In this document: positions 36,414 to 47,805 of the stretch, piece after piece
Position numbering within the stretch: position 1 is the stretch's first letter
Layout of the letters: every line of letters starts with the position of its first letter
From: Yuukianura sp. NJ FZ-2021
Lineage: Eukaryota
Assembly (NCBI GenBank): GCA_046563655.1
Contig: CM102284.1
Span: 7,688,001 to 7,752,000 of the forward strand
DNA: 64,000 bases
Direction: 5' to 3'
Translations under genes and position numbers: made by a program
The notes under the pieces: model-generated
Database searches by the model: none
What the model was told of the DNA's origin: nothing
The model's input: the letters and a program-made list of their open reading frames with translations, nothing else

Positions 36414-37712
36414 ATGGAAATTGACGTCCCAATAAACTCCAAGTTGGTCAGAAAAAGCCCCAAATTTAACCTTTTCTCGCGACCCGACACCGAGGTGTCC
36501 TATATTTTGGGCAACTACTTGAAAGTAAAACCGTTCGGACCGACAAAGGATGACGGACCAATTTATTTTTTTGTGCAACAAATGTCGTATTTGGACTTGT
36601 CGGATTCCTTTTTGAAATTTGTCGTCTCAATTAAGAAGAGTGATGGCACCAAACTTACCGACACTGACAAGATTGCACCAGAAAATTTATTTTTTCACGC
36701 ATTTATTGACGATTTTAAAGTCACAGTCAACAACTGCCAAGTAATCGCACAAGGCTTCAAGGCATATTCGTACGAGTCATGGCTGCTCACACAACTAATT
36801 AATGGAATTGGGTCCAAGTCGAGTACATTGTCGAAAGAAATTTACTACTCTGGAAATGTAGTGGACAACTATGATGACACTAACGTCAGCTACAAGACGC
36901 GATTAGACTTGGCAAAAAAGAGTCAGATGTTTGAAATGATTGGGCGACCGAATCTTGGAATTTTCACAACGCAAAGGTTGTTTCCACCAAAAACTGAATT
37001 CAATTTCGAAATAAAAAGGAGCGAACCGTCATTCTGTCTGAGAGGACCGGAGACTACTACTCAATACAAAATTGAAGTCGAATCGGCCGAGTTTTATGTT
37101 CGACAAGTCTACCCAAGCGAAAAAGTGATGACACAAATACGACAAGGGTTCGCAAAAAACAAAATTGCTTGCTACACTTATGATCAGGCGCACATGCAAG
37201 TAGAATACGTTCCGGCCAGCCTAAATTGTATCGAGTTGCCGAGAGTTTACCAGTCTTCAAAAATTCCTAAAGCTGTTTTCGTCGCATTTATTGAACGAGA
37301 CGTTTACGACGGAAGAGTTCAAAGTTCACCATTCAACTTTAAACCTCATGGCGTAAACCGGATTGTGTTAAAGTTTGAAAACAGACCTGTTGTGTTTGAC
37401 GAAATGGTTTTCAAAGACAAAAACTACATGCTGGCATATCAAAACTTGTGCAAACTAATTGGAAGTGGTGGAAACGACATTACCTATCAACAATTTGTCG
37501 ACGGCAACGCAGTCTTTGCATTTGACCTTCAAGACTTGTGGGCAGATGGATTTACTGCAGGACGAATGGGACAACTTGGACTGGAAATAAACTTTGACGC
37601 TGCGATTCCAAAAGATCTAGTTGTGCTTGTCGTCGGCATCGAAGATGAAACGCTGCAAATTGCAGGAAATGGAATTACCGGACTTGCCTCTACTAAAAAA
37701 ATATTTTTCTAA
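36414..37712 (+). CDS. Maverick/Polinton major capsid protein (PY, double jelly-roll)
   Basis: Intact 432-aa ORF collinear with the Polinton MCP pattern: YLDLSDSFLKFVVSIKKSDGT, PENLFFHAF, YSY..WL..L, EMIGR, FYVRQV.PS, IPK..FVAF, YDG..SPFNFKP, AY..L, GNDITY..F.DG.AVFAFDL, GQLGLEINF. Confidence 0.85.
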   Translation: MEIDVPINSKLVRKSPKFNLFSRPDTEVSYILGNYLKVKPFGPTKDDGPIYFFVQQMSYLDLSDSFLKFVVSIKKSDGTKLTDTDKIAPENLFFHAFIDDFKVTVNNCQVIAQGFKAYSYESWLLTQLINGIGSKSSTLSKEIYYSGNVVDNYDDTNVSYKTRLDLAKKSQMFEMIGRPNLGIFTTQRLFPPKTEFNFEIKRSEPSFCLRGPETTTQYKIEVESAEFYVRQVYPSEKVMTQIRQGFAKNKIACYTYDQAHMQVEYVPASLNCIELPRVYQSSKIPKAVFVAFIERDVYDGRVQSSPFNFKPHGVNRIVLKFENRPVVFDEMVFKDKNYMLAYQNLCKLIGSGGNDITYQQFVDGNAVFAFDLQDLWADGFTAGRMGQLGLEINFDAAIPKDLVVLVVGIEDETLQIAGNGITGLASTKKIFF

Positions 37713-40079
37713 GTCAACTTTACTATAACCTATCGCTAAGTCTATGCCTTGTTTTTGTAAAAAAAAAAATTTCACAATTTGTAAAATAAACCAATTTTCC
37801 ATGTCATGTCACATTTGTGTTTGTGTACATTTATTCGTAGAAAAGTTTAATGTGCTGTAGATTGTAAATTCTTGACGGTTAGAGGCCAACTTTTTCATGC
37901 CGCGTACGAATCTGGCAGCCAAAGCAATGATACCAGCTTTTACAATGCATTAAAGTATGCACCACTAAATTCTCTACGCTTATCATCAATGGGTTTCACA
38001 AGTTGAGGGAAAGTGCAGCGTTAAGCGTTCACGATTTGGCAGAACATGCCGCCAGAATGAAATATAAGGGCTCCACATTTGTCATTTCAAATTGGATTGT
38101 TTCACCCCAGAGGGGCCTCAGTAATTGACAAGGTGCCATTCTGATTCGGCAAAAAGTATATTCCTGTAATAGGATTCTTGTAAGCGGGATGCTACTTTGT
38201 ATAGACGATCTCACCCAAATTCAAGCACCCCTGTTGTGAGGTAAGCTCTAAGTCAATACAAATCCAGTTCACAAAAAAAATGTAATCGCCTCAATTCTTT
38301 ATTGCAGACCACGAAAACTTAACGTGTGACCTCAGTGTCAATCTAACCGCCAACATGTAAACCGTGAAACTTTGTCTTATGGCCGTGCGTACAATGTAGT
38401 GTCGTCGACCAATCATATTGCACCATTTCCTTTGGCCACGCCCCCAATTGAAATGCTAAAGACTGACTTGCCAAACTGAGGCTTGCCACGCCCCCCGGCG
38501 TAGTGGTACTTGCCGAGCGTAGCGTAACTCGGATATTTGACCTTTGACCCATTTGAGTTTTCCCGTCCTCGCGGCTTTCCCAGTTATCAAAACGACAGCT
38601 AATGGAAGTGGTGGAAAAAATTCTTTTTTTTTTAAAAAATTGATTTTTTTTCAAAAATTGATTTTTTTTCAAAAATTGATTTTTTTTTCAAAAATTGATT
38701 TTTTTTCAAAAATTGATTTTTTTTTCAAAAATTGATTTTTTTTCAAAAATTGATTTTTTTTTCAAAAATTGATTTTTTTAAAAAATCATGTGGTGTTGTG
38801 TAATGTGTACATGTGTAATCACGTGGTAATGTGGGGATATTGTCCGTTGGTCAGAGAAAGCAGTGTGTGGAGAAAGGGACGGGTAATGGAAGCGAGGGGA
38901 ACACGGGAAATGCACCTGCCACCTATTCCCACCATACAAGTGCCACATTTTGAATTTGCATTTACTTTTATATGCTACGACCATGCATAGTGTTGTACTA
39001 TAACGGGCGCATGCCCAATGGTTGCATTTGAGTTTACACCGCACCCTCAAAATTGCTTCCTTGATCTCGGGGTAAGTAAAAGTCATTTGGTAAAGCTAAT
39101 GTTTTTCATTTGCGCAAGTGACCTTGAGATGGGTCAAGTTCAAGTCGTGTGGTGAAAGCTTTTCTCCCAAACGTGACCTTGAGAATGGGGTGTAGGGAAT
39201 CGTGTGACCTCGAGGTTAGATGTGGATAAAGTCAATGTCGGGATCCTGGTGAAAGTTCATTTCCCTATTACAGGTGCCGTGACCTTGGGGGGTTAAAGGA
39301 TTGGCGCGACCTTGAGATTCTGGGGGGGGGCAGGCCAAATCTGGGGTAAACGATGGAGTTAATAATCTCATACTTGTATGCAGGAGGAGCCAGGCAGGGG
39401 GGGGGGGGAGCTTAGTGGAATAGGGGGAGGTGAGAATACTGAGGTGAGACTATCTGGCGGAAGGAGGATGGGGGGGGGGTGGCCTTGGTGAATTAGGAGG
39501 GGACCAAAGGGGGAGGGGTGACGATCCTCTATATAGGGCACTTGGCCTATACTAATACCAATACCCATTACCCGTGCGCCTGGCGGGCGCCCGGGAGGGG
39601 GGGGGGGTGCCATTTTGAAAAAGTGGAAATTCCCTTCTACTTGACTATAGCTAATAATTACAATCAACCTTCACAACTTGTTTCTTTGTTGTAAGGACCT
39701 TCACAAACCAACTCACCTTGTGCTTCTTTTCCTTGTTCTCTTCCTTGTCCTACTTAGTATAAAAGCCACACTGTCACTCTCATTCTGGTTCTCAGTTTCT
39801 TATGTGTACTTGCCACTCAGCCACTTGAATAAATCTTATTCAGCATACACAACATTTTGGCGACGAGAGTAAAGAAAAAAAAACTATCAATTTTCCATTC
39901 TGGACCTGGACGCTAGCGAGTTCCTAACCGCATCTTACTATCTTTTTGATACTTGGGCAGAGTTTTTCCAAGGACAAATTAGTCGAGAAGAGCAGTTGAA
40001 TCGCATTTACGACACTTTCGCAACCATCATTGCTACCAACAGCCCATCACCGTCACGCCATTTGGCACCACCCACTGCC

Positions 40080-43000
40080 ATGTCAACAATAGGAACACTT
40101 CCTGCTTTTGACCATGGGAAAGATGACTTTTAAGATTGGGTGAATGTGTACAAATCCTTTTTGCTTGCAAATGGACTCGACTATAATTCAGCAACAGACC
40201 AGAAGAGATGCATTGGAATTTTCCTGTCCTCAATTGGAATTGGTACGTACAATCTGCTTACAAATTTACTTTCTCCAACACCGCCACTTGAGAAAAAAGT
40301 TGAAGATGTTGTCGCAACACTCAAGGCTCATTTCAAGCCAACGCCAAAAGCAATAGCCGAACGTTTTAAATTCTCTACTCGCAAACAGCAAACTGGAGAA
40401 TCCGCAACCACTTTTTTGGCTGAATTGCGGAAGCAAGCGGTTCATTGTAAATTTGAAACTACCCTGTCGGAGAGACTGCGGGATTAGTTTATTTTTGGCT
40501 TGTCAAGTGAAACGGCCCAACGTCGAATTTTCACTCGAGATGATACCCTTACGCTTGAAAACGCTTTGAAAATCGCTGTTTCTCAGGAAGTTGCCGAGGC
40601 CGGTACTTCTACAATTCGAGAATATAATTCAACCAGTGGGGTTAATTATGCCTCTGCCTCACGTCCTTTCCAACGTCCTACACCTCAGTACGGTCATAAC
40701 AATGGATCTGCATCCAAATTCGCACCAAATCCAAAAGGTGGGAGGAGCCAAGGGAGGAGTCAATGGAGGAGCCAGCCGTTGCGCAACCAATCAAAATCTT
40801 CATGTCCAAATTGTGGCTCGACGCAACACAAGAACCCTAAGGATTGTCCTCACAAAGACGCAAGCTGTTTTGCATGTGGGAAAAAAGGACATTTCCGCAA
40901 GTTCTGATTTCCGCAGAAAATCCACCCATTACGTAGAAGTCGATGATGATTCTGCCGTATCAAACGTCAATTCCATTTATCAAGGACCGGGTAACTTGTC
41001 AGAATTCAATATTCGAGTAGAAATCAATGGCTTCCCTCATAAGATGGAGTTCGACAGCGGGTGCAAAGAGAGTCTCCTCAGCGCTGATTTCTGGAGAAAT
41101 ACGCTAGGTGCTCCACAGCTTCGTAGAAGCAACGCAGTTTTTCGGACCTTTACTGCTCAACAATTTCGCCCCTTGGGGAAATTGGAAGTAACCCTGGTTT
41201 ACAAAGGTCAGTCCAAGAAGCATTCCTTTTCCGTAGTAAAAGGAATGCACTCTCTCTTCGGACGAGATTTAATCCGACTTTTCGGATTGGAGTAGACACT
41301 CGCGGAACTTTCCCAGTGTAACTATGTTCCTGCCAAGCAGAAGTTGACCTTAGAATCGCTTTTGGAAGAATACAAGAACGTATTCTCGCCGTCGTGCGTA
41401 CAAATCAAAGGAGTTAAGGCCAAAGTTATCCTCAAGGACGACGCTGTTCCGAAGTTTCTGAAAGCTCGCCCTATTCCATTTGCACTTGTTCCAAAGTAGA
41501 TGCCGAGTTGGATCTAATGGAGAGGTCTGGAGTCATTCACCGAATTGAACACTCCGATTGGGCCTCACCTCTCGTGGTAGTACCCAAACCAAATGGCAGA
41601 GTCCGGATCACTGGTGATTTCAAGCACACTGTCAATTCGCAGTTACACATCTCGCAGTATCCCCTACAGCGGGTTGACGAGCTACTCTCAACGGTCTCTG
41701 GAGGAAACACGTTTTCAAGACTGGACGGGCCGGACGCCTTCCATCAAATTGAACTTGACGAGGCAAGCAAGTCGTTTATGGTCATAAACACACACCGCGG
41801 ACTTTATCGGTACAAAGTTTTGCCCCAGGGTATCGCTTCCTCTCCAGCGATTTTCCAGGAGTTTATGGACAAGCTTCTGAAGGACATTCCCATGGCTGGA
41901 TCATTCATGGACGATTCCATCTGTACTGGTTTCACCGATGCCGGGCACTTGACGACCCTACAGAAGATCTTCCAGCGCATGCGAGAGTTCAACTACCGAC
42001 TTTCGAAATCCAAATGCCAATTTTTCCAAAAGTCGTGGGACTACATTGGATTTGTGATCACCAAGGATGGACTGAAGACGTCTCCGAACAAAGTAAAGGC
42101 GGTACAAGCCATCCAACGTCCGACAACAGTAACCGAAGTAAAATCCTTCCTAGGATTGGTAAATTTCTACGGGAAATTCATACCTACTTTGGCGGACAAA
42201 TGTGCTGTTCTGTATGAACTCACGAAGAAAGATGTCCCATTCAACTGGACCAAACAATGTCAAATGGGATTTGACAAAATCAAACAAGCACTCGCCTCCG
42301 CTCCAGTGCTTTGTCATCACTCTCCACGACTTCCAATCGGAATTAGATGTGACGCTTCTCCGAGAGGACTCGGAGTGATCCTGTTCCATCGCTTCCCAGA
42401 TAACTCTGAACGTCCAGTTGCCTTCGCGTCAAAGGTTCTTTCTTCAGCTGAGCAACGCTACTCACAGATTGAGAAAGAAGCCCTCGCTATTGTCTTTGGA
42501 GTTAAGAAATTCTTCCAATTTCTTTGTGGACGAGACTTTATTGTTGTCACGGATCACCAACCATTGCTTTCAATTTTGGGTCCGAGTTCACAAGTTTCAT
42601 CTTACACTGCAACTAGACTTCAGAAATGGAACCTTTTTCTGAGTCAGTTCAACTACTCCATACAATACCGCAGAACACTGGATCATGGTAACGCTGACGC
42701 TCTTTCACGTCATCCGGTTCACACCGATGGTGAAAACACTGAGGTCACAGAGGTCGAATTGGAGGTCAACCTTGTTGCATCTTCTACTCTGGATATTCTT
42801 CCCGTGACAGCCAGAGCAATCAAAACTGTAACTTCACGAGATAAGTTACTCTCCTCTGTTTATCGCTATGTTTCCAGCGGATGGCCTTCCAGCATGCCTA
42901 AGGTGGATTCACTTTACCCGTACTTCCTCAGACGCGAGGAACTGACAATTGTTCAAGACATTATCCTGTGGGGAATTCGAGTTATAATTCCAACTTCGCT

Positions 43001-44069
43001 CCAGAAAAAGATTTTGGACGAACTACACGAGTCTCACTTTGGAATAGTGAGAATGAAGTCGCTAGCAAGACAATACGTCTGGTGGCCTGGCATTGATGTC
43101 CAAATCGAAGAGTTGTGCAAACGCTGTGAACGCTGTGTTCAAAACCGAGCTAATCCACCCAGTTCGCCACTGCATCCATGGGAGTTTCCAGAACGTCCCT
43201 GGCAGCGTGTTCATGTGGATCTGGCTGGACCATTTTTGAACAAGATGTGGCTGATCATCACCGATGCTCATTCGAAATGGCCGGAGGTTTATAACATGAA
43301 CAACAATACCAAAAGCCTGGCAGTGATTTCGAAGATTCGAGAATCAATTTGCAGATTTGGAATAATGCAGCAGATCGTAAGTGACAATGGTCCACATTTT
43401 ACTTCGCAAGAATTCAAGAGTTTCTGCGAATCCAATGGCATTCGTCACACCACCAGCTCTGTTTATCACCCCCGTTCGAATGGTGAAGCTAAACGTTTCA
43501 TCCAAACGTTTAAGAAGGCACTCAAAGCCGCAGGGGAAGATAAAGATTTGGCACTTCAGAGATTTCTGTTTACCTACCGGGTAACACCGCATTCGACAAC
43601 CGGACAATCTCCAGCGGAATTGCTACAAGGAAAAAAGTTACGAACTTTACTGGACTTGGTTCGCCCTGACGTTCGAGAAAAAGTGGGCTACTCTCAGTTC
43701 AAACAAAAGACGAACTACGACAAGAAAACGAAAGTTCGAGAATTCCAGGTTGGACAACAGATCTGGGTCAAAACGTTTTCGAAAAACGCTCCGAAATGGT
43801 CATCCGGAACTATCCTTCGTCAGACGGGGCCAGTGACTTTCCAGATTGATGTCGATGGAGAACAGATGAAACGACATGCAGATCAAATCCTGGACGCTCC
43901 AAAAACGAAACCAGAAGTTTTCGATGACGATGACCAAGATAAAAAGTCGGATCAACTGGAACTGCCAGAGGTAGCTGCAGAAGCTCCAGTTACAGCAGAA
44001 GCTCCTGCTTCAGCAGAACCCAGATATCCACAACGGGCACGACCACCTCCTGGAACTTATAAGGTTTAG
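40080..44069 (+). pseudogene. Gypsy gag-pol: two zinc knuckles, protease (DSG), RT (FMDD), RNase H, integrase
   Basis: ATG 40080. Stops or frameshifts at ~40485, ~40905, ~41293 and ~41497. Integrase H-H-C-C, DLAGP and SDNG present, but the catalytic Glu reads SNGEAKR (E>K). Confidence 0.92.
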
Positions 44070-44711
44070 GTTAACAGGACACAACCTTTCTTCCGTATGC
44101 TTTTTGCATGAATGCAGTTTCTTTAAATGGAACCATGTTTCCGTACTTTCAATTTCTATGTAGTTTCCAAACTTAAAGAGGAAGGTAGTGTAATGTATTA
44201 GGAAATAATTACAATCAACCTTCACAACTTGTTTCTTTGTTGTAAGGACCTTCACAAACCAACTCACCTTGTGCTTCTTTTCCTTGTTCTCTTCCTTGTC
44301 CAACTTAGTATAAAAGCCACACTCTCACTCTCATTCTGGTTCTCAGTTTCTTATGTGTACTTGCCACTCAGCCACTTGAATAAATCTTATTCAGCATACA
44401 CAACAATCAGTTTCTTTGGAGCGGTGATAGGAATTTTCAAATAAGTAAATAACCTACACGTCACTAATTAAGTCCGGTTGTTTATTTGATTATGACTTAT
44501 AAAATTATGATTTGATTATGAACTTCTCACCTTGTAGGCTTCATACTTTGCAGCAAAGTAATCAGTCATCACTGTTTCAGTTTGATTTGTCCATTGGGAG
44601 TGGGACAACGATGGAGTGGCCACACTATCACTAAAGGGTTGGCAGACCCTTGGCTTGACAGTTAGTTAGATTAGATTAGTTAGTAACTAATTAAACTGGA
44701 TCTAAGAACTA

Positions 44712-45531
44712 ATGTTCGTCTAAAAACGTAAGACCCTTTATTTATTTTCACAATTTAATATTTTTGATTTTTTCGGGGCGGGTTGGGCTGCGCTTATGCA
44801 ACACCATGTATACACCAGCGACTGAGTGGGTTATTCAGGAACTTACTATCACCGAACGTCGTCATTTGTCAAAAATCATCTTCGTTTCTTTGTCACCTTT
44901 TTCTGTTACCGTTTTCTGGTCCATTCTTTTCATTTTAGTTAATTAATTCGACTTTTAGCTGTGCTAATTACTAAAATGCCTAAAGCGAAGAGCAAAGAGG
45001 AGAAAGCCTTGACCGACTTGCATAACAATTATGTATTAAAGACAACTTAGATAAAGTTGGCATGCAACAAAGTAAAATATTTCAGAAGTGAAATTTTCAC
45101 TGAAATGAAGCGCAAACAAAATGCAATGCAAAATCACACCAAGTGCAAGAAACGATAACAATTTTTGCACCTTTTTTGCAGTTTTGTGCAGTATTTTTAC
45201 TTTTTTATTGTGAAATAAAATGAAATAAATTGAAATCAAATGCAACAAAGTGCAGTAAGTTTTTTTTATTCCATTTTATTGCACTTTATTGCATTAATTG
45301 CATTTATTTCATTTTCTTGCAATTTTTTTCACCTGCAATGGAAAAAAAAACAGGCGTAGTGCAAAATTTCCAACTTTGAGTCCGATATTAGTTTTGATGA
45401 AGATTCGGATGATTAGTGGTTACAAATGATGTGTCGCACGTTGTATTCAACCTTGCGGTAACGTATGGCAACAAATACAAAATCAGCGAAAATTTGTGTA
45501 AACAAAGGGTCTTGCGTTTTTAGACGAACAT
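44712..45531. mobile_element. Non-autonomous TIR element with TA flanks (Tc1/mariner-like)
   Basis: TIR ATGTTCGTCTAAAAACG(T/C)AAGACCCTTT(A/G)TTTA at both ends with TA on both flanks. Residual ORF start MPKAKSKEEK at ~44977. Confidence 0.7.
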
Positions 45532-47533
45532 TAAAAACCTAACCTAAAAACTTAAAACTTTCGAAAACCGAATAAGAAAGACAGCGAGAATCGGATTCTT
45601 TTGAAAAAGATCCACTCGAAAGAGGATACGAGGAAAAAGGGATTATAATTCATTTTTTGAGTTTCGCGCCCGAAAAAAAAAGAACCGATTCTGGAAAAGA
45701 ATCGGATTCTGGATTATAATCCACCACCGTGAGAACCCCTATTGACCTGTTTTGAACAAAGAAGACACTCGTGCGCAGTTGCTGTTGAACATGTTACACA
45801 TGCGCAACAGCTATCTTAAGTCAACCGGGGTAACAGTAAACAAAAATAAAATTTTTGCGCGAATTTCAAACCCGCCTTCTTAAAATAGATGAACTAGAGT
45901 CGGACTTTTCGTCCGACTCTATTACTATTACAAAAAAAAATAAGGTTGTAAACCGTGCATACTGACAGACAATAGCGAAGTAATAGGGCAGTTTTCTAAA
46001 GCATACTGAACCGATTCGAATGTCTTGTGTGTGGCGCAAATACAGAGCCACACTCCAGATTTCTTGATTGAGTCGTTAACCACTTATCCTGCGTTGCAGG
46101 TAATTACACCGTGGATTGGTAAATTGAGTAATTGTTACAGATACTAGCATTTGTAATTAGCATAAGGTTTAAGTTGAAAAGTAATTTATATTGCGAATGG
46201 TAAATAAACCGATTGTAAACCGCGCATAACTAAATAGCTCGGAAAAATTTGGGTTTAGTGGAAAAATTCAGATAATTTTGAAAATTTTTGTGTAAACTCT
46301 CTATCGACCACTTATACCAAAAAGCAAAAAAAAAATTTCCCGGAAATCAAAATTTCCCCAACAAATTTTTTTTTGAAATTTATTTTTTCGAATTTTTTTT
46401 TGTCTCAGAATTTGATGAAAATCAGTTTTTAGACTAATTAATGTATGTGTCGGAGTTCTAGGCGAACTCCTGGTGGTAATTAGGAAAACTAGAAATTGAA
46501 ATCAAGCCAGGTGAAAACAACAAGATGAGATTGGATTTTTTGGGGCTTTCACCCTTTTATTAAAAAAGAAAGAAATGACGGAGCCTAATGTTTCGATTTA
46601 GTATTGGAATCAGAATCTGACAACTGAAAGACAAGTTGACTCTTGGAGAGTAAGAAACTGACTGAGATTGGTGGGGCAGGAGAGTCTTGACATGGGCTGC
46701 TGAGTGACCTTGGTCACTCGTCAGTCCATGAACTCCAAATGCTCCACGTTGTGACATGGGTAGTCACAACGTGAGACATTCAGACAGGCAGAGCCTGTAA
46801 GACTCAAGAAAAAGAAAGAATTTTAATTTAATTAGTGGAGGGGTTGACCAAGGTCAAGCGGCTATTGGCTTGGCCTTGTCAATTCCTCCAACACTCCCGG
46901 CCCTTGGTGGATTTAAGATCCACCAAGAGATTTTGGAAAATGAAATTTGAAAATGGGAAATGAAATAGAAATGGAAATGGAAATGGAGTGCTGGAGAAAA
47001 AGCCAACCCTAGGAAATGAAAATTGTTTTGTAAATATTTGTATATAGTTAATTAATTTTAAATTTAAAGTAAATCTAGCGTCTACTTTACTCGAATTGAA
47101 AAAAAAAAGAAACTTAAAGTTATTGAAGCGTGGTGTAGTTGGAGATGACGTTGTCGTCCAATGGGAGTGGGGAAAGCTTGGTGATTGGTCGATGGAAGAT
47201 CTTGTATGGTTTTCCATCCGGTTTGGCGGGATCAGGTGGGACCGGAATGCGCACATCGCAGCTGCGCACAAATCCGTCTTTCCCTGGGAACACGGCCTCG
47301 ATCCGTCCAAGTGTCCAGCGTTGTGGTCCAATGGCAGCATCGGAGTCGTGGAGCAGAACGAGCGTGTCCTTGGTGATGTTTGGCTTGGGGTCAAGCCACT
47401 TTCCCTTTTGCTGGAGAGTGTGGAGGTAATCCAACTTCCAGCGTTTGAACAAATGTTGGGTCATCTGTTGGACGTGTTGCCAGCGGGAACTATGACTTTT
47501 CCTCCAAGTGACGTCTTCTTCGGTCTGTGGAAA

Positions 47534-47787
47534 GTGACCCCGTGTCACCCGTGAAGGAGCATCTGAAAGGGAACTCGCCCGTGTACAATAAGAGCAAACT
47601 AAATCTTTATTCGTAGAATAAAGATCTATAAAATGAAACTAAGGCTAAATGGTGCAGTGCTGGTCCATGCTTCCTTCCTTGAGTCCTGTCCGCCAGCAAC
47701 TGAGTGGCTCTGGTGCTGCTCCGCTGCTAGTCATCTTCGGCCCCCTCTTCCTCGGACGGGCGGATAACTCAGACCGTCACAGGTCAC
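47534..47787. mobile_element. Short insertion in the BEL integrase (solo-LTR-like core TGTCAC..GTCACA, 47543-47781)
   Basis: Removing it restores the BEL frame (TPFHFLTLRGPREFPQTEEDV). Bounded by GTGACC/GGTCAC with no TSD. Confidence 0.55.
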
Positions 47788-47805
47788 TTCTCTTGGTCCG
47801 CGTAG

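Larger units (their letters stand above)
33075..39652. mobile_element. Non-autonomous Maverick/Polinton-type element with ~2.45-kb inverted arms
   Basis: Termini AGCTATAGTCAAGTAG.. / ..CTACTTGACTATAGCT. 6-bp TSD AATAAT (33069-74, 39653-58), single copy in the intact 3' LTR. Arms 33075-35530 and 37178-39652. Encodes a capsid-like protein. Confidence 0.88.
33054..44405 (+). mobile_element. Ty3/Gypsy LTR retrotransposon (Mag/K02A2.6-like), decayed, with the 5' LTR interrupted
   Basis: 5-bp TSD ATCAG (33049-53, 44406-10). 3' LTR 44189-44405 (TG..CA, 217 bp). 5' LTR 33054-33074 plus 39659-39854. PBS TGGCGACGAG at 39858 (matches the 3' end of tRNA-Ser(GCU)). PPT AAAGAGGAAGGTAG before the 3' LTR. 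Confidence 0.93.
32941..45740. mobile_element. Non-autonomous TIR element (Harbinger-like, ~0.6 kb native length) hosting nested insertions
   Basis: TIR AGGGGTTCTCACGGT / ACCGTGAGAACCCCT with 3-bp TSD ATT. Subterminal palindromes AAAAGAATC(C/G)GATTCT and GATTATAATC at both ends. Confidence 0.7.

Noticed and set aside
33075-39652. Inverted arms as an assembly fold-back artefact
   Set aside because: The arms differ by substitutions and indels and end exactly at a 6-bp TSD inside the LTR. Long reads would still be the final test.
33165-39667. Mirror-image short ORF pairs in the Maverick arms (e.g. 33642-34040 and 38778-39086)
   Set aside because: A consequence of the inverted repeat. No recognisable domains, and frames differ between arms.
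32940-45741. hAT assignment for the TAGGGG-ended element
   Set aside because: No 8-bp TSD; a 3-bp ATT duplication fits better.
45810-45838. Possible TIR of the Tc1-like remnant (TA-CTGTTACCCCGGTTGACTTAAG)
   Set aside because: Only a partial partner match near 29750, so element ends could not be fixed.
45840-46445. Probable DNA-transposon fragment (repeated TTGTAAACCG.GCATA)
   Set aside because: No paired termini or TSD within the window.
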